64,000 nt of DNA from an uncultured Candidatus Saccharibacteria bacterium (GCA_964384035.1 CAYLIB010000005.1:41107-105106), one strand, 5' to 3'; positions 10,490 through 19,527 are shown, counted from the first letter of the stretch. A program made the numbers and translations. The notes: generated by a model not told the origin, from the sequence alone.

Positions 10490-10936
10490 ATGTTTTACTA
10501 TTTTATTTTTTTTGTATTTACCTGTGTTGCGGTTACATCTGATTTAAGAACGCGAGAAATTCCAAATTTAATAACCCTTGGGGGTAGTGTTGTTGGAATA
10601 GTATTGTCGTTCGTGTTATTTGGGCAAACTGCAATGGTGTTATCCTTGTTTGCTGTTTTAATTTCTTTATTGGTATCGGTGTTTGCTATTAAATGGGAAT
10701 TAGTAGGTGGGGGAGATGCTAAGCTACTCATAATGTTTGCTAGTTTTTTATGGTATCCAAATTTTATTCATTCATTGATACATATTGCCATAGCTGGTGG
10801 AGTTGTTAGTCTTATTTTGACTTTAAAAGAGAGCTGGTTCACAAAAAAAAGCTTGGAGTTGTCTTTAAAGACTGTGTATATTCCATATTCATTAGCATTT
10901 TTCTTTGGTTTAATATCCTTTTATTTATTCAGATAA
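10490..10936 (+). CDS. tadV: A24 prepilin peptidase TadV/CpaA
   Basis: SDLRTREIPN and GGGDAKL catalytic aspartates; IPY C-terminal motif. Confidence 0.9.
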   Translation: MFYYFIFFVFTCVAVTSDLRTREIPNLITLGGSVVGIVLSFVLFGQTAMVLSLFAVLISLLVSVFAIKWELVGGGDAKLLIMFASFLWYPNFIHSLIHIAIAGGVVSLILTLKESWFTKKSLELSLKTVYIPYSLAFFFGLISFYLFR

Positions 10937-11064
10937 AGAGCTTAAATAGGCGCATTTTAAACGTTATTAAGTGAATTTGACCATAAATTATAAAATATTT
11001 CGCATATTTGTGAGGGTTTGATATACTTAATTTACGTATATTACTATGTTTTTTGAAATAAATA

Positions 11065-11093
11065 TTGACAAAAATAAAAAATTGTGTTAAAAT
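11065..11093 (+). promoter_or_regulatory. Strong sigma70 promoter for the ammonia-lyase gene
   Basis: TTGACA (11065) - 17 nt - TAAAAT (11088) with extended -10 TG. Confidence 0.75.
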
Positions 11094-11134
11094 TGAATTT
11101 AAACCTTTTAATTTCTTTTTTAACACCAATCACC

Positions 11135-12685
11135 ATGGCAGATAGACAAATAATTTTAGACGGAAGTAGTCTAACTTTAGGTCATATTGAACGTTTGATT
11201 AGTGAGCCTGGAGTTCAGGTTGTGCTATCACAAAAAAACTTGGCTAAGGTTCAGGCTTCTTTTGAGTTAGTAAATAAAGAGCAGAAAGAAAGGGTTACTT
11301 ACGGTGTAAATACTGGTTTTGGCCCAATGGCTTCGTATCTATTGGGTCGTGATCAGTTAGTCGAACTTCAATATAATTTACTTAGAAGTCACGCGGCTGG
11401 AATAGGTGAACCTATAGAAGAAAAATATGTTTTAGCCGCTATGGTTATTAGGTTAAACACTTTAGCAAAAGGTTTTTCAGGTGTATCTGTTGATTTGCTT
11501 GAAACACTTAAGGATATTATTAACAATAAAATAGTACCTGTTATTCCAGAACATGGTTCTGTTGGTACAAGTGGCGACCTCGTTCAATTAGCACATATTG
11601 GTTTAGCAGTAATAGGTGAAGGTGAGGTTTTTTACAAAGGTAAAAGAATGCAAACAGCCAAAGCTTTCAAGCTTGCCGGTTTAAAACCGCATAAGCTTCA
11701 TCCAAAAGAAGGTCTCTCTTTAATAAACGGAACTTCTACGATGAGTGGAATAGCTGCTTGCAATGTAATTACTGCTCAAAACCTTTTAAAGGTTGCTTTA
11801 CAAAATGGTGCATTCGCACTTGAGATGGTAAATGGTTTTCAAGATAGTATATCTAAAGAATTACACCTTACCCGTCCTCATCCTGGACAAATGTCTATTG
11901 CCGAAGATCTTAGAAATCTTTTGGTGTCTTCTAAGAGACTACGAAATAGAGATGAATTTGCAAAGAGTTCTGTAATAAACCACGATGTCTACCAAATACC
12001 AGAATCTGTGCAGGAAGTCTATTCGCTTCGTTGTATTCCTCAAATACTTGGACCAATTCGAGAGACTATAGAAGAAGTAGCAAAAGTCGTAGAAATTGAA
12101 ATGAACTCAGTAACAGATAATCCTGTAGTTGATACTACTAAGAATACTTTCTTGCATGGCGGAAACTTCCATGGTGATTATATAGCCGTTGCTATGGATA
12201 GACTTAAGGCGTCTATAGTTAAGCTTACGATGCTTACAGAGCGTAGGATTAATTTCTTTCTAAATAAGAATGTTAATAAGACATTCCCACCATTCTTAAA
12301 CTTAAACAAACCTGGATTGACTTTGGCGCTGCAAGGTTTACAGTTTGTGGCAACTTCTACAACTGCAGATAACCAAACACTTGCTTTTCCCCATGCGATT
12401 CATTCCATTTCTACAAATGGTGATAATCAAGATGTAGTAAGTATGGGAACTGACGCGGCTTTATTTACAAGTAAAGTTATAGAGAATGCTTATGTGGTTA
12501 TGGCTATAGAAGCGGTTACCTTGACTCAGGCTATGGATATAGTAGATGCCAAACAAGAATTCTCTACACCGAGCCAGAGATTCTATGAAACTATAAGGAA
12601 AGTATTTCCTAAGGTAGTTGAAGATAGAGGTTTGCACACAGAACTTACAAAAGTTGTAGAAGTAATTAAAACCAAATCTAACTAG
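11135..12685 (+). CDS. MIO-dependent aromatic amino acid ammonia-lyase/aminomutase (HAL/PAL/TAL family)
   Basis: YGVNTGFG, GSVGTSGDL (TSG MIO triad), KEGLSLINGT, YSLRC, GGNFHG, NQDVVSMG; start moved to ATG 11135, downstream of the promoter. Confidence 0.93.
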   Translation: MADRQIILDGSSLTLGHIERLISEPGVQVVLSQKNLAKVQASFELVNKEQKERVTYGVNTGFGPMASYLLGRDQLVELQYNLLRSHAAGIGEPIEEKYVLAAMVIRLNTLAKGFSGVSVDLLETLKDIINNKIVPVIPEHGSVGTSGDLVQLAHIGLAVIGEGEVFYKGKRMQTAKAFKLAGLKPHKLHPKEGLSLINGTSTMSGIAACNVITAQNLLKVALQNGAFALEMVNGFQDSISKELHLTRPHPGQMSIAEDLRNLLVSSKRLRNRDEFAKSSVINHDVYQIPESVQEVYSLRCIPQILGPIRETIEEVAKVVEIEMNSVTDNPVVDTTKNTFLHGGNFHGDYIAVAMDRLKASIVKLTMLTERRINFFLNKNVNKTFPPFLNLNKPGLTLALQGLQFVATSTTADNQTLAFPHAIHSISTNGDNQDVVSMGTDAALFTSKVIENAYVVMAIEAVTLTQAMDIVDAKQEFSTPSQRFYETIRKVFPKVVEDRGLHTELTKVVEVIKTKSN

Positions 12686-12692
12686 ACATTTT

Positions 12693-12725
12693 AAAAACCA
12701 CCTCCTTATAGGCGGTGGTTTTTTT
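12693..12725 (+). terminator. Rho-independent terminator
   Basis: AAAAACCACCTCC-TTATA-GGCGGTGGTTTTTTT. Confidence 0.8.
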
Positions 12726-12758
12726 GATATTTATATCTCCTGATATAATTCTTAATGT

Positions 12759-13082
12759 ATGATTACTAATAATATAGAAATAAATTTCAGGAGAATATTG
12801 GAGAAAGAGGGTTATGGGAATTTCCAGGTCAAAAAAGACTCAGCTGGTAAAAGGATAGCCCCTCACAGACATGATTACAAGTTGGCTCATGTAGTATTGG
12901 AGGGGCAATTAACTGTTACTGTATTTGGGAGACCGACTATTTTAGATAGCGGGGATAGGTTGGATGTTCCTGCGGGGGTAATACATGAGGCGGTTAGTGG
13001 TGCTAATGGGTCTGAATATTTAATTGCTGAGAAGATGGAGAATGAAAAAAGTGAAAATGAAAACAAACCTACCGTTAGCTGA
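12759..13082 (+). CDS. Cupin domain protein
   Basis: PHRH...VLEG...GDRLDVPAGVIH cupin motifs. Confidence 0.85.
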   Translation: MITNNIEINFRRILEKEGYGNFQVKKDSAGKRIAPHRHDYKLAHVVLEGQLTVTVFGRPTILDSGDRLDVPAGVIHEAVSGANGSEYLIAEKMENEKSENENKPTVS

Positions 13083-13752
13083 AATTATAAAATTAAAAAA
13101 TAAACAACGGGCTAAGACCAATGCCTGGTTTTTTAAAACTGGAGAAGGGGAGTATGGAGAAGGAGATGAGTTTTTAGGCGTTACGGTTCCGGATGTACGA
13201 AGGGTTGCAAGGAAGTATAAGAATTCAAGTACTTTGGATATTCAAGGGCTTTTGGAGTCTAAATTTCATGAGGCTAGATTATTAGGGCTATTTATCCTAG
13301 TAGGACAATTTGAAAGATCTGAAAATGCTGGACAAGAGGTTATTGTTCATTTTTATGTGAAAAATATAGCTAGGGTTAATAATTGGGATCTTGTAGACTC
13401 GTCTGCACATAAAATATTGGGAGCGTATTTGTTTGATAAAGACAGAAGAATGCTCTATCAGTTAGCGTCTTCTAAGGACTTGTGGAAGAGAAGAATAGCG
13501 ATTGTTTCAACATGGTATTTTATAAAGAATGGTGATATACAAGAAACCTTTAAAATTTCCGAAATATTGATGGATGATAAGAGAGACTTGATTCATAAAG
13601 CAATAGGGTGGATGCTTCGCGAAGTCGGTAAGGTGGATGAGCAGGCGATGATAGATTTTTTACGTCGGAATAAAAAAATATTACCAAGAACGGCTTTGAG
13701 GTATGCAATAGAGAGACTTTCAGATAGACTGAAGAAGGACTTAATGAAATAG
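13057..13752 (+). CDS. DNA alkylation repair protein (AlkD-like)
   Basis: FFKTGEGEYGEGDEFLGV, NNWDLVD, HKAIGWMLRE, PRTALRYAIE; start uncertain (13042 or 13057). Confidence 0.9.
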   Translation: MKTNLPLAEIIKLKNKQRAKTNAWFFKTGEGEYGEGDEFLGVTVPDVRRVARKYKNSSTLDIQGLLESKFHEARLLGLFILVGQFERSENAGQEVIVHFYVKNIARVNNWDLVDSSAHKILGAYLFDKDRRMLYQLASSKDLWKRRIAIVSTWYFIKNGDIQETFKISEILMDDKRDLIHKAIGWMLREVGKVDEQAMIDFLRRNKKILPRTALRYAIERLSDRLKKDLMK

Positions 13753-13768
13753 GAAAGATAAAAAATAT

Positions 13769-14914
13769 ATGAAAGAAAAAATAGATAGGGAATCTTATAA
13801 GCCGGTTTTGGTAAACGATATTAATGACAGACCAAAGCTTAATCAGATAGTGAGGGGAGAAAATTTCTTTTTGGCAGATCAGATAGAGGATTTTATATTA
13901 GAATTATTCCTTTTAAGAAACCCCAAATATAAATTCATAAAGGAATACACGAAAGAATTTGATAAATTTAAAAACAAATACAGTAAAGGTGGGGATTTAG
14001 ATGCTGTAGGAAAGTGGTTTTATTTTCCATGGTTGAATACTTTCATTCATTTTTTAGATGAAAAGGATCATAATGAGATGCGTACTGGAAGAAATAGGAA
14101 TTTAATTACTAAACAGGAACAAGAAAAGTTTTATAATTCTTCGGTTGCTGTTCTGGGTATGAGCGTGGGGAGTCATGCAGCATTAACTATTGCTATGACC
14201 GGTGGAGCTAAATTTATGAAATTGGTAGATTTTGATGTAATTGGAGGCTCTAATTTAAACAGAATAAGAACGGGCTATCAGAATGTTGGTCTGAAGAAAG
14301 TTGTTGCAGTCGCAAGGCAAATTTATGAGATGAATCCATATAGTCAGGTAGAAATTTATGAAGAGGGTATTACAGAGAATAATATGGAAAGGATTTTTGG
14401 GTCTAAGAGGAAAATGGATTTGATAGTAGAGGAAATGGATAGTCCTTATTTTAAAATGAAAATAAGAGAGATGGCGAAAAGGAAGAAAATTCCGGTTATT
14501 ATGGCAGCAGATCATCACGATAATGCAGTCGTGGATATCGAACGATATGATTCGAAATCTAATCTACCTTTACTCCATGGATTATTTGGTGATAAACCAA
14601 CTGAGGAATTTAAAACAATTGAACCTAAGGAGATAGTCGGAGTAATATCTAAAATGGCCGGCGCTAAGCATTCAAGCCTAAGAATGCTAGAGTCCGTAGG
14701 CGAGGTAGGGAAGACTTTATATTCCTGGCCACAGTTGGGTACTGCCGCTAGTCTTTGTGGGAGTGTGTTGGCACAATTGGCTCGGAGAATTTTGGTAGGA
14801 GAAAAAGTAAATTCAGGTAGGGTGAATGTGGATACAACAAGTTATTTTGTGAAAGCGGATAATAAAGATGAAGTTAGAAAAGCAAAAATACTTAAACTAC
14901 TAGGTGTGGAATAA
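13769..14914 (+). CDS. ThiF family adenylyltransferase, Rv1355c/MoeY-like (N-terminal part only)
   Basis: WFYFPW, RTGRNRNLIT, GMSVG, DFDVIGGSNLNR, VEEMD, SWPQL. Confidence 0.85.
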   Translation: MKEKIDRESYKPVLVNDINDRPKLNQIVRGENFFLADQIEDFILELFLLRNPKYKFIKEYTKEFDKFKNKYSKGGDLDAVGKWFYFPWLNTFIHFLDEKDHNEMRTGRNRNLITKQEQEKFYNSSVAVLGMSVGSHAALTIAMTGGAKFMKLVDFDVIGGSNLNRIRTGYQNVGLKKVVAVARQIYEMNPYSQVEIYEEGITENNMERIFGSKRKMDLIVEEMDSPYFKMKIREMAKRKKIPVIMAADHHDNAVVDIERYDSKSNLPLLHGLFGDKPTEEFKTIEPKEIVGVISKMAGAKHSSLRMLESVGEVGKTLYSWPQLGTAASLCGSVLAQLARRILVGEKVNSGRVNVDTTSYFVKADNKDEVRKAKILKLLGVE

Positions 14915-14968
14915 GCCACTTTAAATTAGTGGTATAATATAGGTGCTAAAATTTTATCCCGAAAGGGG

Positions 14969-15205
14969 GTGATAAGTTTGAAAATAGTTCACATGATCGC
15001 CTTTATACTCCTAGTCGTCGGTGGTTTAAACTGGGGAATACAAGGTGCGTTTATGGTTAATGTTGTTGAGAAAATATTGGGTACTGGTATGCTCGTTATG
15101 GTGGTGTACGTATTAGTTGGTTTGGCAGCGATATTTGAAGTAGTCACTCACAAGTGGAATTGCAAACAATGTGCTGGTGGTATGTCTCCAATGAATAAAA
15201 TGTAA
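14969..15205 (+). CDS. DUF378 family small membrane protein
   Basis: LLVVGGLNWG...VYVLVGLAA signature. Confidence 0.85.
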   Translation: MISLKIVHMIAFILLVVGGLNWGIQGAFMVNVVEKILGTGMLVMVVYVLVGLAAIFEVVTHKWNCKQCAGGMSPMNKM

Positions 15206-15220
15206 TTTTGAATTACTATG

Positions 15221-15249
15221 AAACCCTCCCTCTGGAGGGTTTTGTTTTT
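15221..15249 (+). terminator. Rho-independent terminator
   Basis: AAACCCTCC-CTCT-GGAGGGTTTT followed by T-rich tract. Confidence 0.75.
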
Positions 15250-15274
15250 ACAAGTTGTAATTTATAGTAAGGCT

Positions 15275-16318
15275 ATGGATTTTAATTTATTTAGTACAAT
15301 TGGTTTTTATGCCGGATGTGTGTTGGGTTCTGTTGGTTTATTTTCCGGTAAGTGGTATAGAAAGGATTTTGAGAATATAGTACTTATATTTTTTCTTTCT
15401 TTACTTATCGTGCTTTTAGTCTTTGGATGGGCAAGTTATAGCGATTTCGAAATACCTAAACTAATACAGGTTGGGATATTCGTTGGGGCGTTTTCTTTCT
15501 TGTTGGCTTTTGCAAAGGTGTTTAGAGAAAGGGTGTTGTTGCGAATAAATGAACTTACTATAGTAGGTTTAAATGTCTTATTGGGGTGCTTGTTGTTCGT
15601 GTTGCAATCGGGGTCGTTTATATGGTTAGTATTTTTAATTCCTACCTATATTACTTTCCTAGTTGCATTGTTTCCTGTCTATTTGTCTCCAAGGGTAAGA
15701 GTTGGGCTTTATTGCTGGTATTTGACTATGCTTCTGCTGTTAACTGTTTTTCTTGCTGGGCAGCAGGCTATCTTGCCTTTTGTTAATTATAAAGTAGGGT
15801 ACCCTGTGCTTAGTTACTTTATCTCAGGTACAATTTTTGCTTATGCTGTGATCCATTTTACGTATTTGTTTAGATTATTTCCATATAAGAGAGAGGCAGA
15901 GTCAGAAATTTATTTTAACGAAAGATTGATTGAACATTTTAATTCATTAAGTAATAAATTTTCCCCTGATCAATATCATTTTCTTTCCGTTTTGTTTGTA
16001 GTGGCGTTAGTTTGTTTTGTATTTTTCTTCTGTTTGGCAATGGGGGTATTCAGCTTATCTTCAACGGTAGCATTAATATTTTTAATTATTAGTATAGTGC
16101 AGACTTTATTTAACAAATTTTTTAAAACTAAATCTGAATATAAAAATGGTTTGTTAGAGGTTATGAAATCAGAACACGAAAATGTGTTTCCGGCTAAGGT
16201 GGTAGTTTTTGCGCCTATAGTTTTGGTTTCGATAGTCTTATTGGTTTTTACGGTTTTTTGGCCAAATAAAGCTTATGAAGAGGCAAGGACTTTGTTTTAT
16301 TGGTTAATTTACGGTTAA
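15275..16318 (+). CDS. Hypothetical multi-pass membrane protein
   Basis: About 10 TM segments; start moved to ATG 15275 because the upstream part overlaps the terminator. Confidence 0.7.
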   Translation: MDFNLFSTIGFYAGCVLGSVGLFSGKWYRKDFENIVLIFFLSLLIVLLVFGWASYSDFEIPKLIQVGIFVGAFSFLLAFAKVFRERVLLRINELTIVGLNVLLGCLLFVLQSGSFIWLVFLIPTYITFLVALFPVYLSPRVRVGLYCWYLTMLLLLTVFLAGQQAILPFVNYKVGYPVLSYFISGTIFAYAVIHFTYLFRLFPYKREAESEIYFNERLIEHFNSLSNKFSPDQYHFLSVLFVVALVCFVFFFCLAMGVFSLSSTVALIFLIISIVQTLFNKFFKTKSEYKNGLLEVMKSEHENVFPAKVVVFAPIVLVSIVLLVFTVFWPNKAYEEARTLFYWLIYG

Positions 16319-16384
16319 GGGTTTATTTAATTTTTTAAGTTTGTTAAAATTTCGCTTATAAAAGCGATATTTTTATTGTTTGTA

Positions 16385-16413
16385 TTGACAAAGTTAGTAA
16401 AAAAAAATATACT
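16385..16413 (+). promoter_or_regulatory. Sigma70 promoter
   Basis: TTGACA (16385) - 17 nt - TATACT (16408). Confidence 0.75.
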
Positions 16414-16447
16414 CGTGAGTTTAGAAACGACATACCTTGGAGGAACT

Positions 16448-17227
16448 ATGGATTTTGGGAAGCTGAAACGAGAATTATTTTTCCTTTATGAATTACATTC
16501 GGGGAAAGTCTTAGGACTAGTACCTGCAATAATTGTGGGTGGCATGTTCTTATTCTCGCTCACCCATAATTCTAGCCCCCAAGGGGGAATGCCTGCAGTA
16601 GAGCAGGCGATCGCCGAAGAGTTTTTGAAATCATCCCGAAAAGTGGATATTAAAGCTTTGGAGGCTTCGCTTAGGGAAGAGAGTTTGAGACTTAAGGGTA
16701 CTGAGAACAATGCTTCGTTTATTGTCGCACCAACTGGTGGTGCTACAGGAGCGCCAGCTCCACTTCCACAGAAAATTGGGACGACTTTGTCGCTAGTGCC
16801 GAAAACTGGCAAGGTAGAGTTGGGTGAAGTTGGGATACCAAGGCGTGGGTCGGCTGTAAGGGATTCAGCTACTGTGGTTTTAGCCGAACGGCTAAAGAAG
16901 TTAAACGAACTTATTCCCGTTACAGTAACAGATGTTACTGGCGGGGGACACAAAAGCCCGTGCCATAGAAGCAGGGGTAGCGAGAGCGGTAACTGTGCTG
17001 ATGTGAGCTTTGAAACACGTCAGCCATGGCCATATGAGTTACCTAGATCTTTACGCCCCACCCAGGCTCAGAAATGGGATAAAGTTTGCAAACATGCCAA
17101 GGATGTGAACCTGGATGTTTGGAATGAAACCGGCTTCCCAGAAGCGCAAGTGCCAGCGTGTGGTCCCAGTAAGAAGAATAAGCGTTCTACTGGACCGCAT
17201 CTTCACATGTCGCTAGTGGAGGATTAA
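16448..17227 (+). CDS. Membrane-anchored M15/Hedgehog-fold Zn peptidase-like protein
   Basis: SD GGAGG then ATG 16448; TM; GGGHKSPCH...GNCAD and TGPHLH motifs. Confidence 0.65.
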   Translation: MDFGKLKRELFFLYELHSGKVLGLVPAIIVGGMFLFSLTHNSSPQGGMPAVEQAIAEEFLKSSRKVDIKALEASLREESLRLKGTENNASFIVAPTGGATGAPAPLPQKIGTTLSLVPKTGKVELGEVGIPRRGSAVRDSATVVLAERLKKLNELIPVTVTDVTGGGHKSPCHRSRGSESGNCADVSFETRQPWPYELPRSLRPTQAQKWDKVCKHAKDVNLDVWNETGFPEAQVPACGPSKKNKRSTGPHLHMSLVED

Positions 17228-17282
17228 AGCCTATGTTACTAAGATAGCTATTGCTTAGTGGACATAGGTTTATTTTTATCTT

Positions 17283-17307
17283 AAAAAAACCGCTTTCGCG
17301 GTTTTTT
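17283..17307. terminator. Bidirectional terminator
   Basis: AAAAAAACCGC-TTTC-GCGGTTTTTT between convergent genes. Confidence 0.8.
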
Positions 17308-17308
17308 G

Positions 17309-17518
17309 TTATTGTTCGGGGGCGGCTTCGAATTTGGGCTTGAAGGATTCGAACCATTGTTTTTTGGCTTCTTCGGACATTTTGTCCATAACCATTTTAA
17401 GTACTGTGTGTTTGTCTACTATATGTTGAGCAAAGTTTTTGGCCATATCTTCTGCGGTTTCACCGGAGACTATGTCGTCACACATTCCACCTATTTTAAG
17501 GCAAGACATTTGTTTCAT
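17309..17518 (-). CDS. DUF1059-like small metal-binding protein
   Basis: MSC...GGMCD...GET..D....AQH...KH pattern. Confidence 0.7.
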   Translation of the reverse strand: MKQMSCLKIGGMCDDIVSGETAEDMAKNFAQHIVDKHTVLKMVMDKMSEEAKKQWFESFKPKFEAAPEQ

Positions 17519-17610
17519 TTGAGTTCTTTTAATTAGTTTAATTTTATCAGTAGACTTGAATTAATTCAAAATGTATACTATAACATAAATCAAATTAATT
17601 GGAGGGGATT

Positions 17611-18162
17611 ATGAAAAACGAAAAGTTTGTGAGTCTTGAGAAAATGGTGAAGTCTCGTATAGTGGAGACATTGGTAGAGGAAATGTTGCAGCGTTCCGGA
17701 TTTACAGTTTACAGGTTTGGGAAAGAGAATTATGCCAAGCAATTAGATGATTTAATTCCCAAAAATTTTAACCTTCGACATATTAAAAAATTTCGTTTTC
17801 GTCCAGATTTTGAAATAATTTTTCCGGATGGGGAAAAGCGCATGTTACTGGAAGTGAAGTTTCGATGGGATAATAAACTCAATAAAGAGTGTGAAGACCC
17901 TTCGCGATTCCGTGCATTACGAGAACACTGGCCAGGAACAATTGTGGTTGTGGTTAACAAAATAAAACCACCTTACTTTAGGGTATTTAAAGAACCATAT
18001 ACAACTATAGATAAGGATTTTGGGGAAGTTGGGCTTTTGGACTCTGTAGAATTGGGAGAGCATATAAGTCCTGAAATTTACAACATGTGTGAGGAGATGG
18101 TATTTAGTTTATTTCAGGGTTTAGACTGCCAACTTCATAATAGAACTTGTATTAGGAGTTAA
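17611..18162 (+). CDS. PD-(D/E)XK nuclease family protein
   Basis: SD GGAGG; VE...GF.V, RPDF...LLEVKFR catalytic pattern. Confidence 0.7.
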   Translation: MKNEKFVSLEKMVKSRIVETLVEEMLQRSGFTVYRFGKENYAKQLDDLIPKNFNLRHIKKFRFRPDFEIIFPDGEKRMLLEVKFRWDNKLNKECEDPSRFRALREHWPGTIVVVVNKIKPPYFRVFKEPYTTIDKDFGEVGLLDSVELGEHISPEIYNMCEEMVFSLFQGLDCQLHNRTCIRS

Positions 18163-18197
18163 AGCACACAAAAGTGCTTTTTTGTTAATATGAATAT

Positions 18198-18476
18198 ATG
18201 AACCAATTTTCTTACATATTAATTTTAGTCCTGGTAATTTTAAATTTCGTTTCTTTCTTACTAGTTGGTGCAGATAAGAAAAAAAGTCAGACAGATTCTT
18301 CCCGAATACCCGAAGTGTACTTATTTTTTCTAGCTAGTATTTTTGGCTCGGTTGGGGTATTTATTGGGATGTTTGTTTTTCATCATAAAACTCGAAAATT
18401 GTATTTCCCTGTAGGCATAGGTGTGTTACTGCTCCAACAAATAGCCTTAGTCTATTTGCTTTTAGATTTTGCTTGA
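18198..18476 (+). CDS. DUF1294 family protein
   Basis: DKKKS...RIPE...FGSVG...FHHKTRK signature. Confidence 0.9.
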   Translation: MNQFSYILILVLVILNFVSFLLVGADKKKSQTDSSRIPEVYLFFLASIFGSVGVFIGMFVFHHKTRKLYFPVGIGVLLLQQIALVYLLLDFA

Positions 18477-18550
18477 CCAAGAATCTTTCAGTATGTTAAC
18501 TTCTAGCGTACGTCAGTTAGAATGTTAACTATTTGAATTGGAGGATTGCG

Positions 18551-19498
18551 ATGTCAAACAAGGTTATTTGTCCGGTTACGGACAGAGAGAAAGTGGCGGT
18601 GTACGCACCGCACACGACTGCTGCTTGTTTCCTTTACGCGAAGGACGAAGTTGGCGAAAACCCATGGCGGTATGAACATCTTGCGGATACCAGTTTTTTC
18701 ACGCGAGTTTTGCCATATGCGCTGGATGACCTGAATGCACTTCCTGAAATTAAGGGGATGTGCTCGCGGGACATTGATAAGATAAATAGAATGCTCGCCG
18801 CTGAGGGTTTCGATATTCGTTTGGGTCCGCCGGTGGATCCGGCAGATTTTGGTGTCGCTGCAGTGTGCAAAGCAGAGGTAGACTATAGTCAGAAGGGGAA
18901 GATTGAGTGGATGTCTGCTATGGAGGGTCGCTTTGTTGGTGTGAAGCAACCGAGCTCTGAAGTTTACTATCGTCGTATTCATGCTCTGCGTGAACCTGTA
19001 ATAGAGCTTAAGCTTCAGGATGAGAAAAAGAGGTTAGTGCTAACGAAGGCCGACACCTTGCTTGAATTGGCGGAAAATGACCTTCAGTTAGCAGCGCGTT
19101 GGATGCGTGAAGCTTCGGAGGATGGGACAAGCTTTGCTAATTCTTATGAAGGTGTGCATTTTCCGATGATAGATATGAACTACACGCGAGTGCTGTCTGA
19201 AATTATCGGTGCTTCTGTTTTGAACAAAGACGGATTGCCAGGGAGCATTAGTGAGGCCTTTCAGCAAGCGAAATTTCTTTTGGACGAAATTGGGTTCAAG
19301 GTGGAATTGGCATCTGCGATGGGTGTGACATTCGAAAGTGTTCGTCAGGAGCAGTGGTATAAGATTGATGAACCTTTCATTGCTCTTATTTACCAACCAG
19401 GGCTGAATGAGCCACTTTTTGCCGGGTACTTACCGCCGGTGGTTTGGAACCAACCGCTTCGTTCTAAAGAGCGGAATCATAAACCTATGTTTTATTAA
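18551..19498 (+). CDS. Serpin-like protein (divergent, short)
   Basis: SD GGAGG; C-terminal FPM...ISEAFQQAKFLLDEIG-(loop)-IDEPFIALI...PLFAGY matches the serpin hinge/s1C/s4B/s5B pattern. Confidence 0.6.
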   Translation: MSNKVICPVTDREKVAVYAPHTTAACFLYAKDEVGENPWRYEHLADTSFFTRVLPYALDDLNALPEIKGMCSRDIDKINRMLAAEGFDIRLGPPVDPADFGVAAVCKAEVDYSQKGKIEWMSAMEGRFVGVKQPSSEVYYRRIHALREPVIELKLQDEKKRLVLTKADTLLELAENDLQLAARWMREASEDGTSFANSYEGVHFPMIDMNYTRVLSEIIGASVLNKDGLPGSISEAFQQAKFLLDEIGFKVELASAMGVTFESVRQEQWYKIDEPFIALIYQPGLNEPLFAGYLPPVVWNQPLRSKERNHKPMFY

Positions 19499-19527
19499 AC
19501 ACTGAAATTAGTCAGTGTTCTTTTTTT
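19498..19527 (+). terminator. Rho-independent terminator
   Basis: AACACTGA-AATTAG-TCAGTGTT followed by a T run. Confidence 0.7.

Noticed and set aside
11135-12685. Naming the lyase hutH
   Set aside because: Substrate cannot be assigned: SH motif is HAL-like but the TSG triad and missing hut genes argue for caution.
18546-19396. Several overlapping alternative ORFs in the serpin-like gene
   Set aside because: Expected shadow ORFs in a GC-richer gene; only the long frame has an SD and motifs.
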